Shown: piece by piece, positions 7,513 through 16,191 of the stretch
Numbering within the stretch: the stretch's first letter is position 1
How the letters are laid out: each line of letters begins with the position of its first letter
Assembly: GCA_947629215.1 (NCBI GenBank)
Contig: CANRCU010000001.1
Location: 1-38,701 of the forward strand
Direction of reading: 5' to 3'
DNA: 38,701 nt
Origin: an uncultured Clostridia bacterium
GTDB lineage: Bacteria; Bacillota; Clostridia; Lachnospirales; CAG-274
Notes under the pieces: generated by a model
Seen by the model: the letters and a program-made list of their open reading frames with translations, nothing else
What the model was told of the DNA's origin: nothing
Database searches by the model: none
Made by a program: the position numbers and the translations under genes

Positions 7513-10500
7513 TTATGACGTTCTCTCAACTTCAAATTCAAAAGTAGAAAGAAGTGCTTTTTGCAATATTGCCGCCGCTGCCGCCGCAGTTATGCCATCT
7601 TTTGTGACACGGCTGTTTATAAGCCCCTGCGGTGTCATTGTTATTGCCTGCGGATTAAGCACATATTGCAGAACGAAAGCCGAATCGGCAGCATTGACAA
7701 TGCCGTCGCAGTTGGCATCGCCAAGCAGCGTTTTTTGTGACGGACCGACAGGCTTATCCCCACCGTGATCATCCGATGTAGTTGATTCGGTCGTAGTTTC
7801 GGTCGATACACTCGAAGTAGTCGTTTCTGTCGATACGCTCGCAGTGGTCGTTTCTGTCGATGTTTCTGTCGATGTGCTTGAAGTGGTAGATTCGGGTTTG
7901 CTGTGTCCACCCTGTTCTTTGGTCGTGGTTTCGGTCGATGTACTCGCAGTGGTGGTTTCGGTCGTTGATTCCGTGCTTGTTACGGTACTTTCACCGCCGT
8001 TGAGCGAATATTCAAGCAGATAAAGGTGAGCTTCCTTTTTATTTCTCTTGAATGTGACCGTACCTGCCTTTACGGGTACCGTCATTATTTTTTCGGTCAG
8101 TTCGTATACAGTACCGTTCAAAGTGATGCTTGAGCTTGCCAAAGCGTCGGTAACTATTGTAAGGTATCCGTCTTTTGGCGCTTCAAAGGTAATGGTCAAC
8201 CCCGAAGTTATTTTGATAGCCTTGTTAAGCGTCTGACCGTTATATTCTACGGGATTATTTTTGGCAGAACTCCAGTTGTTGGCATCTTGCACATCAAAGA
8301 AATTTTCCGTATTTGTGCCGTCCGTATAATTCCATACAAAGAGAGTGCCTTTGCTTACCATATTTGCCGTTACGGAAACTTCCGAGCCTTTTACAGCCGT
8401 TATCGTGCCGGAAGTCATTGAATCGACTTTCCAACCCGGAACATTTATTTTTATCTCAAACGGTGTGCCGACTTCGACTTTGCCTGTAAATGTACCGCTG
8501 CCGTTGCCTGTAAGCGCGGTATTGCCGACACTTACGCTTGCGTTCGTCACATCGAAACTTTCGGTTTCGCCTGCGGCAGGTTTGAGTATTACCGACACCG
8601 AACCAAGCTCTTTGTCAAGGTGCAGCGGTGTAGGCGTATTTGTTGTCCTGACGGTTATTTCGGCATTTTCAAGCGGCACATAATCGCCCGTATTTGTTAT
8701 CGAAACTTTGTATTTGCCGACGGCTATCTCGTTTGCGGACTGATAAAGACCGCCGCCCTTGTCGGCAAGCACGGTGCCGTCCGCAAGTTTAACGGTCACT
8801 CCCGTTACAGGTGTATTGCCCGAACCGCCCGTGAGCATTACAGCCGCATAGCCGTTGCTGTCGGTCGGAAGGTCAAGTTTGCCGCTGAACGTGTCGCCGT
8901 CTTTAGCCAAGGTCGTTGTGAGCGATTTGCTTGAATAGCCCTCTTTTGATGCCGTTACCGTTATTTCCATACCCAAAGGTACGATATTTGCGGTATAAGT
9001 GCCGTCACCGTTGTTTACAAAGGTTATACCCTCGGCGGTCACATCCGCATCCGTTATAGGTGTGCTGCCGCTTACAACGGTCACCGTTATAGAACCGGAT
9101 TCGGTCAAGGGGAATGCCTGAAGCGTGCCTGCATGTGTCTTTACATATTCGGGTACGTCTTTTGTGTCGTTAAGTACCGACACATTCGATTTTCCGTTCG
9201 AAAAATAGAATTGTTCGGGATTCTGATCCCATTCGGCAATGGAATCACCGTTGGGGAATTTCAGCCCGTTGTCCCCGGGGCCTGCATCGGTCCTCTTCTC
9301 GGCTTTGACGGTCTTGCCTTTCAGGCTGTCCTCGGTGCAGTCGCCCGATGTCATATCGCCGAAAGTTTTAAGATAGGACACATCGTGTCTTTCGTTATAA
9401 ATATTTTTACAGTTGTCGAAATAGTTGTTTTCGGAGAAACAGTGCGCATGACCACGCAAGTCTATGACCTGACTGGTGTTATGCTTTTTTGCGGGACCGT
9501 TATCCTGGAAATATGTGTTGTATATATGTATATTTCCGCCTGCGCCAAGGGGCTGCCTTGATGCAACGTCCTCGTACCAGTTGTGGTGCAGTGTCATATA
9601 GAACTGATTTTCCTTTTCGCTTGCGCCGAGCAAATTGGTTTTATGGCACTTGATATAGTGGTTATAGCTCATTGTGTAGTATTGACCGCGCTTGAAATCG
9701 CATGAGCCGTCGCCTTCCGCTTTGTCGCTTTCGGTCGGATTGGCGCAGTAACCCGGATAAAATACGTTGTTATGCACCCATACACGTTTTATAGGCGATG
9801 TTATTGCGTCGTCACCCTGGAAGCCGAGCGCATCTTCGGGATAGTTTTTGAAAGTCAGGTTCCTTACTTCAAAACTTTCGCCCGCATCGGCAGGGCAGGT
9901 CTTTGTTTGCGAAAAAGTGAAACCCCAGCCGTCTATAACACAGTCGTCGCCGATACCCTCTATGGTGATGTTCTTACCGTATTTTGTTATTGCAAGATTG
10001 CCGTTGTCGCCTTCGCCGCCGCCAAGCTCATTTGTCTTTGCATCATAAGGCGTTAAATTTTCGGGCGGTGTTACCGTGCCTATAAAGCGGAATATCAGGG
10101 GGTGATCGTCACATTTTACATTGCCGTCAAAGCCCTTTGCCGTTTCGCTTGAAGGGCCTGTTATCCTTCTTATAAGGTGGTGGTTGTTGTTTAAGATATT
10201 GCCTATACCGTTGCTGCCCCTTGTCCAGGTAGCGCCAGAAGAAGATGAGGAATATTTTACGGTAAGGTCCTCATAGCCGGGAACGGAAACGGTGTTTTTG
10301 TTTTCGTCGGTAACATAAACGATTATTGCATTGTCCTTTGGTGTACCGTCGTTATTGTATGCGCCCACGCCCTCGCTGCGTTTGAAATGCGCATAACCCG
10401 AACGGTCGTTTGCATAAACAAGAATGTTGCTTCTTGTGTATACGGTATTGTCGGATGCCGTGACCTCAATATCGTATCTGCCCGCTTTAAGACCGGGAAT

Positions 10501-10782
10501 ATCCACCCTGCCTCTGCCGCTTGTGCTTGCTTTGCGCACCAGATACTTCAAATCGTCACCCGAAAGATAGGTGTAGTCGGTGTCGCCCGTCTGCCTGTAG
10601 CCTACTTTTACATTGGCTGCATCGGGGTCGCTGTCTGCCCATTCGGCATAAAGTGTTTCATACCAACCCGCGCATACGTTAAAAGCGGCAGCTTGGGCCG
10701 TCACAGTACCGATATGCACCGATGTAAGAAGCATTGAAACAGCCAGAACGGAGGACATGATTTTTTTGAATGCTTTCTTCAT
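7513..10782 (-). CDS. Secreted multidomain pectate lyase-like enzyme (PL1-type beta-helix) with Ig-like/CBM-like modules, a Thr-rich linker and a C-terminal dockerin
   Basis: Signal peptide. Catalytic-type blocks VWVHNNVFYPG, DGSCDFKRGQYYTMSYNHY and SRQPLGAGGNIHIYNTYF (compare the vWiDH and RxPxxRxGxxHxxNN motifs of PL1). These are followed by ~450 aa of beta-rich modules, an S/T linker and the dockerin LLGDANCDGIVNAADSAFVLQYVL. The start is placed at ATG 10782 (AAGGA 5-7 nt upstream). The ORF-track ATG at 10791 has no spacing from its RBS. Confidence 0.7.
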   Translation of the reverse strand: MKKAFKKIMSSVLAVSMLLTSVHIGTVTAQAAAFNVCAGWYETLYAEWADSDPDAANVKVGYRQTGDTDYTYLSGDDLKYLVRKASTSGRGRVDIPGLKAGRYDIEVTASDNTVYTRSNILVYANDRSGYAHFKRSEGVGAYNNDGTPKDNAIIVYVTDENKNTVSVPGYEDLTVKYSSSSSGATWTRGSNGIGNILNNNHHLIRRITGPSSETAKGFDGNVKCDDHPLIFRFIGTVTPPENLTPYDAKTNELGGGEGDNGNLAITKYGKNITIEGIGDDCVIDGWGFTFSQTKTCPADAGESFEVRNLTFKNYPEDALGFQGDDAITSPIKRVWVHNNVFYPGYCANPTESDKAEGDGSCDFKRGQYYTMSYNHYIKCHKTNLLGASEKENQFYMTLHHNWYEDVASRQPLGAGGNIHIYNTYFQDNGPAKKHNTSQVIDLRGHAHCFSENNYFDNCKNIYNERHDVSYLKTFGDMTSGDCTEDSLKGKTVKAEKRTDAGPGDNGLKFPNGDSIAEWDQNPEQFYFSNGKSNVSVLNDTKDVPEYVKTHAGTLQAFPLTESGSITVTVVSGSTPITDADVTAEGITFVNNGDGTYTANIVPLGMEITVTASKEGYSSKSLTTTLAKDGDTFSGKLDLPTDSNGYAAVMLTGGSGNTPVTGVTVKLADGTVLADKGGGLYQSANEIAVGKYKVSITNTGDYVPLENAEITVRTTNTPTPLHLDKELGSVSVILKPAAGETESFDVTNASVSVGNTALTGNGSGTFTGKVEVGTPFEIKINVPGWKVDSMTSGTITAVKGSEVSVTANMVSKGTLFVWNYTDGTNTENFFDVQDANNWSSAKNNPVEYNGQTLNKAIKITSGLTITFEAPKDGYLTIVTDALASSSITLNGTVYELTEKIMTVPVKAGTVTFKRNKKEAHLYLLEYSLNGGESTVTSTESTTETTTASTSTETTTKEQGGHSKPESTTSSTSTETSTETTTASVSTETTTSSVSTETTTESTTSDDHGGDKPVGPSQKTLLGDANCDGIVNAADSAFVLQYVLNPQAITMTPQGLINSRVTKDGITAAAAAAILQKALLSTFEFEVERTS

Positions 10783-10840
10783 AAATACCATCCTTTTTTA
10801 GTTTTGCGGCATATCCTGAAAAAATATGCCATACGCCGTG

Positions 10841-11890
10841 TTACAACAAGTAAGCAGCCGTTCGGGTCTTGCCGTCCCATGTGACTTTAAAGCCGAGCGC
10901 TTCGCCGAGCGCGCGGAACGGCAGATATATCCGGTCGTTTTTTATCTCCGCAAAAGCGCCGTATTTAAAATAGACGCGTTTCCCGTCCGCAAGCATATAC
11001 CTTCGGTTTGCGGTTATTTCTACCTTATGACCGTTATATACGACTACAGCTGTTTTTGTGCGGGCGTTCCATGTGATGTTGACATCATCGCCCAACCCTT
11101 TTTGTAAAGAACGCACAGATATTAAAGTTGAATTGCTGCTTTTTTGTATATAAGGTGAGTATATAACGAAAATGGGTACTTTGTCAAGATATGCAATAGA
11201 AGAATCTATCATAAAAGTCAATATTTTTTTGGCAAATCTGACCGAGCTTTTACTTTTGGGCGCCAGTTTCTTTTCGGCAGTGGTCTGTTCCGTTGTGGTT
11301 TCCTTTACGGGTTCTGTCTTGTTTTTGTTGGCAAGCCGTGAAAAACCGCTGTTAAACACGCCTCCGCCGCTGCCTCCGCTGCCGCCTCCACCACCGCTGC
11401 CCGAATGAGAACCGCTTGTCGGTCTTTCGGTCGTGGTCGTTTCGGTGGTCGGGTCTTTATCCTGTTTTTGTGTGGTCGTTTCGGTCGTGGTGTCCCGGCT
11501 TTGTGTAGTGGTTTCGGTCGGGGCGCTGTGTCCCTGTGTTGTAGGCTCTGTCGGTGTATCCGGTCTTTGTGTGGTATCTTCCGTTGTGGGATCCGGGTCT
11601 GACGAACCCGGCGGCAATACGGTAGTTTCCTCGCCCGAATTACCCGTAAAGTCCTCGGTGGTCGTTTCGGTATCGGTTTCCGTGTCGGGTTCGGTTGTGG
11701 GTTCGGTAGTACTCTCCGTGTCGGTCACGTTATCGGTAGTACTCTCCGTATCGGTTTCGGTAGTTATCTCAATATCGGTCGTAATTTCCGTGTCGGTTTC
11801 GTTACCGTCACCGGCATAAACAATAAACGCCGACAAAAACAATACCAACATTACGGATATTGCCGAATACAAAATTTTCGGTTTTACCAT
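10841..11890 (-). CDS. Secreted or membrane-anchored Thr/Glu/Asp-rich protein with a Gly/Ser tract and a C-terminal copper-amine-oxidase-N-like (stalk) domain
   Basis: ATG 11890 is preceded by GAGGAGAG inside the end of the kinase gene, with a 1-nt gap after the kinase stop. N-terminal hydrophobic segment ILYSAISVMLVLFLSAFIVYA. C-terminus KVEITANRRYMLADGKRVYF...IYLPFRALGEALGFKVTWDGKTRTA. Confidence 0.6.
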   Translation of the reverse strand: MVKPKILYSAISVMLVLFLSAFIVYAGDGNETDTEITTDIEITTETDTESTTDNVTDTESTTEPTTEPDTETDTETTTEDFTGNSGEETTVLPPGSSDPDPTTEDTTQRPDTPTEPTTQGHSAPTETTTQSRDTTTETTTQKQDKDPTTETTTTERPTSGSHSGSGGGGGSGGSGGGVFNSGFSRLANKNKTEPVKETTTEQTTAEKKLAPKSKSSVRFAKKILTFMIDSSIAYLDKVPIFVIYSPYIQKSSNSTLISVRSLQKGLGDDVNITWNARTKTAVVVYNGHKVEITANRRYMLADGKRVYFKYGAFAEIKNDRIYLPFRALGEALGFKVTWDGKTRTAAYLL

Positions 11891-11891
11891 C

Positions 11892-13178
11892 TTAATCACT
11901 CTCCTCACTCAAAAGCGGCGGTTTGAGCAGAACATATATTGTGATAACGCCGTTTTCCGCGCTGAAATCAAATTCGCCGTTATAGCGGTGTACAATATCT
12001 TTTATTATTTTTATGCCCATACCGTGGTTTTCGCGGTCGGGCTTGGTCGTTACAAAATCCGTGCCGACTATAACGGGCATTTTTGCTATGGAGTTAAGCG
12101 TTGAGATATAGATATAATCCCCCTGCATCTTTACTTTTAATTGTACAAAGCCGCCTTGGCATTTCGCAGCCGCCTCTATCGCATTGTCAAGCAGGTTTGA
12201 TATAAGCGACGACATATCCGTGCGTTTTATATTGACCTCGCCCATAACACCCGTTACGCTCAGTTTAACGCCCGCTTTTTCGGCAAGCTCGGCTTTTTGT
12301 GTGATGACTATATCGGCTATGCTGTTTTGAAGATAGCTTTTGTACGGCCTGTCAAGCGTGCCGGCTACGCTTTGCAGATATTCTTCGGTTTCTTTTATTT
12401 TCTTTTGGCGCAGCAATTCCATTGCGGTGAAGATATGGTTTTTGCAGTCATGCACGGCAAGCCTTGTCTGCTCGTTGCCTGCGGCAAGAGTGCTGTAAAA
12501 TTTTTCGTTTGCTTTGAGAGAGTTTGCTATTTCACGGCTTTCATAATATGCCGTGTAAAAATGCGTAAGACTGTTGAACAAAAGAAATACCAGAACGATT
12601 ATTGCAAACATGATTATGGATATAAACGAAAATGTAAGTCTTGTTTCGGGGTCTGTGTTATATGATACAAGGCAAATACATTCCATACAGACGGTTATCA
12701 TAAAAATCGCCGATGTGAGTATAAGACGGTATCTAACAGGCGCGCTGAACTGCATCTCAATGCGTCCGCTGTTTATTATGCCTATAAAAATAAGCCGCGC
12801 AAACAGTATACCGACCAGATTGAACATTGGCAGCTCTGCAAATTCGGCATAGCGTGAACGCAGAACAAGCGTAAATATACCCATAACAAGCAGCTCGCTT
12901 ATCTCTATAAAAACAAAGTACAAAAGCGCAACAATAAACGAGCCGAGGGGTCTGAGCTTAAAGCACATACAAACGCACCAGCTTACAAATATGGCGATAA
13001 ACGGCGCAATAATGCGATCGGAGAGATAATGCACACGTATAAAGCTGAGTATTGCGGCAGTTAACAGCGGCAGCAGAGTTTCAGCCCCGAAATGTATACG
13101 CGTATACTTGCATACGAGCATATAAAGCAAAAGACTGTCAAAAAGACAGACAGCAAGCTCGAAAAATATCCAGAGCAT
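11892..13178 (-). CDS. AgrC/ComD-type (HPK10, GHKL) sensor histidine kinase with a 6-7 TM sensor
   Basis: Polytopic N-terminal half. H-box AVHDCKNHIF, N-box SNLLDNAIEAA and G-box ENHGMGIKIIKDIV. RBS GAGGAGG lies in the end of the regulator gene (2-nt gap). Confidence 0.85.
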   Translation of the reverse strand: MLWIFFELAVCLFDSLLLYMLVCKYTRIHFGAETLLPLLTAAILSFIRVHYLSDRIIAPFIAIFVSWCVCMCFKLRPLGSFIVALLYFVFIEISELLVMGIFTLVLRSRYAEFAELPMFNLVGILFARLIFIGIINSGRIEMQFSAPVRYRLILTSAIFMITVCMECICLVSYNTDPETRLTFSFISIIMFAIIVLVFLLFNSLTHFYTAYYESREIANSLKANEKFYSTLAAGNEQTRLAVHDCKNHIFTAMELLRQKKIKETEEYLQSVAGTLDRPYKSYLQNSIADIVITQKAELAEKAGVKLSVTGVMGEVNIKRTDMSSLISNLLDNAIEAAAKCQGGFVQLKVKMQGDYIYISTLNSIAKMPVIVGTDFVTTKPDRENHGMGIKIIKDIVHRYNGEFDFSAENGVITIYVLLKPPLLSEESD

Positions 13179-13180
13179 TT

Positions 13181-13897
13181 TCAGTCCTCCTCGATATAGC
13201 GAAAGTACCTTTGTTTTACCTGACGCACCATATACGGTCGTGAACCGATGTATATATGCTCGCCATTGGAAAGCACAATGTCGTTTTTTTCAAAACAGTT
13301 TATGTGAGCCATATTTACAAGATAAGAGCGATGCACGCACACAAAGCCTTGGTCGGTCAGTTTATCGGTCAGATCGGAAAGTTTGCTGCCCGTGACCTCA
13401 AAACTGCCTTTAAGCGTTACTACAGAGAGCTGTCTTAGGTTGTATTCAAAATAAATTATATGGGGCAGCGCAAAGGTAAGCTGAGTTTTTGCGCTTGAAC
13501 GCGCTTTTATGTTAAGAGTGATGCAGCGGTTTTCGGGCTTGGTATCAAAAGCAGCCGTCAAGCCCTCTTCAAGAGCGGCTTCGTCACCTTTTGCAACAAA
13601 GCGGAAAGCACGGTATTTATAACCGTCAAAAACTCTGCCGACCTCGGATGTAAGAAAAATAACGCGGGCTTTGCTGTCGGACTTGTTAAGGCGTTCCGCA
13701 AGCTCAAAACCGTCTGTATCCGGCATTGCTATATCAAGTATGAACAAGTCCGTATCCGACGTATCGCCCGAAAGCAGGGCGTCTGCGCTGTCGTAACAGT
13801 CTATTGCAATATCTTTGCCTGCAAGGGAGCGGTTTATAAAATCTTTTGTGCTTTGAAGTATTTCTTTTTGATCGTCACAAATAACTATCTTAAACAA
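13181..13897 (-). CDS. LytTR-family response regulator
   Basis: Receiver domain KIVICDDQ...LFILDIAMPDTDGFELA and C-terminal LytTR domain FVCVHRSYLVNMAHI. TTG start at 13897, 7 nt after AAAGGGGA. Confidence 0.9.
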   Translation of the reverse strand: MFKIVICDDQKEILQSTKDFINRSLAGKDIAIDCYDSADALLSGDTSDTDLFILDIAMPDTDGFELAERLNKSDSKARVIFLTSEVGRVFDGYKYRAFRFVAKGDEAALEEGLTAAFDTKPENRCITLNIKARSSAKTQLTFALPHIIYFEYNLRQLSVVTLKGSFEVTGSKLSDLTDKLTDQGFVCVHRSYLVNMAHINCFEKNDIVLSNGEHIYIGSRPYMVRQVKQRYFRYIEED

Positions 13898-13921
13898 ACC
13901 GTCGTCCCCTTTTTATAAGTT

Positions 13922-14569
13922 TTATAATTTGGCGGCAAGCCTTATTATCCTGCTTGTGCCAAGCCTGTCCGCGCCTGCGGCTATCATTTTTTCGGCGTCG
14001 TCAAGGCTGCTTATGCCGCCTGCGGCTTTTATCTTTTTGGTTTTTATATTTTGCGCAAATAATTCTATATCGCTCAATTTTGCGCCTGCGCTGCCAAAAC
14101 CCGTGCTGGTCTTTATAAAATCGGCATCGCTTTGCTCGACCACACGGCACATATTTATTTTTTCTTCTTCGGTCAGGTCGCAGGTTTCTATTATAACCTT
14201 CAGCAAAGCGCCTCCGCAGGCATCTTTTATTTTATTTATCTCTTTAAGTATGCTTGCATATTTTTTTGCTTTGACGTCCCCGCGGTTGATGACCATATCA
14301 ATTTCGTCCGCACCGTCCTTCACGGCGGTCTTTGCCTCGTAAGCCTTGACATCGGCGGTATTGTAGCCGTTTGGGAAGCCGATGACCGTGCATATTTTTA
14401 TGCGTTCGCCAACATAGTCCTTAGCCTGTCCGACAAAACAGGGCGGTATGCAGATGCTTGCCGCACCGTATTTTATGCCTTCGTCGCATATCTGCCTTAT
14501 GTCGTCCCACGTTGCCGTTACCGAAAGCAAAGTATGGTCGACTTTTGAAAGTATCTCATTTATCTCCAT
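13922..14569 (-). CDS. deoC: Deoxyribose-phosphate aldolase
   Basis: VDHTLL, ICIPPCFV, CTVIGFPNGY, GADEIDMVIN, KVIIETCDLT, DFIKTSTGF and IKAAGGI...GADRLGTS. The start is placed at ATG 14569 and overlaps the upstream gene by 14 nt. Confidence 0.85.
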   Translation of the reverse strand: MEINEILSKVDHTLLSVTATWDDIRQICDEGIKYGAASICIPPCFVGQAKDYVGERIKICTVIGFPNGYNTADVKAYEAKTAVKDGADEIDMVINRGDVKAKKYASILKEINKIKDACGGALLKVIIETCDLTEEEKINMCRVVEQSDADFIKTSTGFGSAGAKLSDIELFAQNIKTKKIKAAGGISSLDDAEKMIAAGADRLGTSRIIRLAAKL

Positions 14570-15815
14570 TTTTCTTTTTTTCCTCCCATAACAGATTTTC
14601 GACAAACTGTTTTGCCGTCCTGCCCGACATTCCCTTTTGGTTGAGTTCCCAGCGCAGAGCGGCTTGTTTTATCTCCTCATCGGGGAGAGTTATGCCGTTT
14701 TTGCGCGCAAGCCCTATGGCTATTTTCACATATTCCTGAGGGGTCGGTTTTGCATATGTTATGGTTATGCCGAAACGGTCGGAAAGCGAGAGTTTTTCGT
14801 TCATCGTATCGGTGGTATGTATATCGGCGACTGCGCTTGCGGTGTTGCGGTCGCTCCATTTTTCCTGTATAATGTGGCGGCGGTTGCTTGTCGCATAGAA
14901 AAGCACATTGTCGGGCTTGCCCTCGCTGCCGCCTTCAAGCAGGGATTTCATATACTTATATTGCAGCTCGTTTTCGTCGAATGAAAGGTCGTCTATATAA
15001 ATGATAAACTTTCTGCCGCGCGGTCTTAAAAGTTTAAGAATATCGGGCAAATCCGCTATCTGCTCTTTTGTTATCTCAACAAGGCGCAGACCTTGTGTGT
15101 GGTATTCGTTTATAAGCGCTTTTATGGAAGATGATTTTCCCGTACCCCTTGCACCGACAAGCAGTATATTGTTTGCGGGGCAGTTGTTTATAAAAGCGAG
15201 CGTATTGTCGCGCAGCTCTTCTATCTGGCTTGTATAACCGATAAGGTCGTCAAAAGTTATCTTGTCGGGGTGGGTTATGCCGACAAGCGCCTTTTTGTCG
15301 CTGTTATATTTGAAAACACGGTAGACGGAAATATCCCCGCAGCCGTTTTTGCGGTGAAAAGCTATTATATCTTCAAGCGTCAGGTTTTCGGATACATCGC
15401 TTTTGCCGCTTTCGACAGGACGATAATCCATAAGTGTTTCCATAGCCGACATCATAAAACGGCTGTCGGGCAGCTCCGTCAAGTCTGTTTCGGAAAGCTC
15501 CGTCAGCGCCCGAATATCCGCTTTTGCAAGCTCATAAAGAGATGTACCCTCAACTTTTTTGTTATTTTCGCAAAGCAGCGTGAATATATTCTCATCGGAT
15601 ATGATGAGGTGCCTTATGTAATTGCCGAAAAGATTGCCGCTGAAATGCTTTTCCTCGGCGCGGTTTACAAGAAATTCCGTTAATTCTGCAAGATACGGAA
15701 GGTTGTCGTCCGCCGTGAAAATATTTTTCAATATCTTGATTATTTCGTCGTCGGCTATTTTTTTGTATATCGTAAGTGAATTTATGCCGTCAAGCAGCCT
15801 GTTGCAGTCAGTCAT
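14556..15815 (-). CDS. DUF815-type AAA-family ATP-binding protein with an uncharacterised ~190-aa N-terminal region
   Basis: Walker A LLVGARGTGKSS, Walker B FIIYIDDLSF and YATSNRRHII match the DUF815 (PF05673) pattern as I recall it. RBS AAGGGGG follows a 15-nt gap after the upstream small gene. Confidence 0.75.
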   Translation of the reverse strand: MTDCNRLLDGINSLTIYKKIADDEIIKILKNIFTADDNLPYLAELTEFLVNRAEEKHFSGNLFGNYIRHLIISDENIFTLLCENNKKVEGTSLYELAKADIRALTELSETDLTELPDSRFMMSAMETLMDYRPVESGKSDVSENLTLEDIIAFHRKNGCGDISVYRVFKYNSDKKALVGITHPDKITFDDLIGYTSQIEELRDNTLAFINNCPANNILLVGARGTGKSSSIKALINEYHTQGLRLVEITKEQIADLPDILKLLRPRGRKFIIYIDDLSFDENELQYKYMKSLLEGGSEGKPDNVLFYATSNRRHIIQEKWSDRNTASAVADIHTTDTMNEKLSLSDRFGITITYAKPTPQEYVKIAIGLARKNGITLPDEEIKQAALRWELNQKGMSGRTAKQFVENLLWEEKKKNGDK

Positions 15816-15830
15816 TAAGAAACCCCCTTT

Positions 15831-16106
15831 TTAAAGCGATGATATGAACATTTCGTAGGCGTCCGCCCACTCCTCTATGGGATATGTTGCGCCGCCGTTG
15901 GTGCTTTTGAGCATATTGCTCCACAGCGTTTCATTCAGCGCAAGCAGCTCACCCAAGTCCACGGGGCAGCCGTTTTCGGCTGCGATACGGCAAAAAGCCG
16001 CCATGGGGTCGTCTGCGTTCTGCGTCGCTTTAAGGGCATTGCAAAGTTCCTTATTATCGGCTGCAAGTTTATGCAGTTTATCAAGCATATCGTTTATATC
16101 GTTCAT
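15831..16106 (-). CDS. Nif11-like small protein (91 aa) with an internal Gly-Gly; possible leader-peptide-type precursor
   Basis: MLDKLHKLAADNKELCNALKATQNADDPMAAFCRIAAENGCPVDLGEL follows the Nif11 pattern (L..F..K...D..L...L.........A.E.G..V....L). It is followed by ...MLKSTNGG-ATYPIEEWADAYEMFISSL. There is an RBS (GGGGG) and a plausible promoter upstream. Confidence 0.5.
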   Translation of the reverse strand: MNDINDMLDKLHKLAADNKELCNALKATQNADDPMAAFCRIAAENGCPVDLGELLALNETLWSNMLKSTNGGATYPIEEWADAYEMFISSL

Positions 16107-16191
16107 ATATTATTACCCCCTTTTGTGTATATTTTCATTTTAACATAAAAAAGGGGAATATACAAGATAAACAAAACAGGATCTTTTTGTT

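Noticed and set aside
11433-11819. 128-aa plus-strand ORF (VVSVVGS...), plus 11172..11408 and 11405..11602.
   Set aside because: They are antisense to the Thr-rich region of 10841..11890 and are the same kind of artefact as above.
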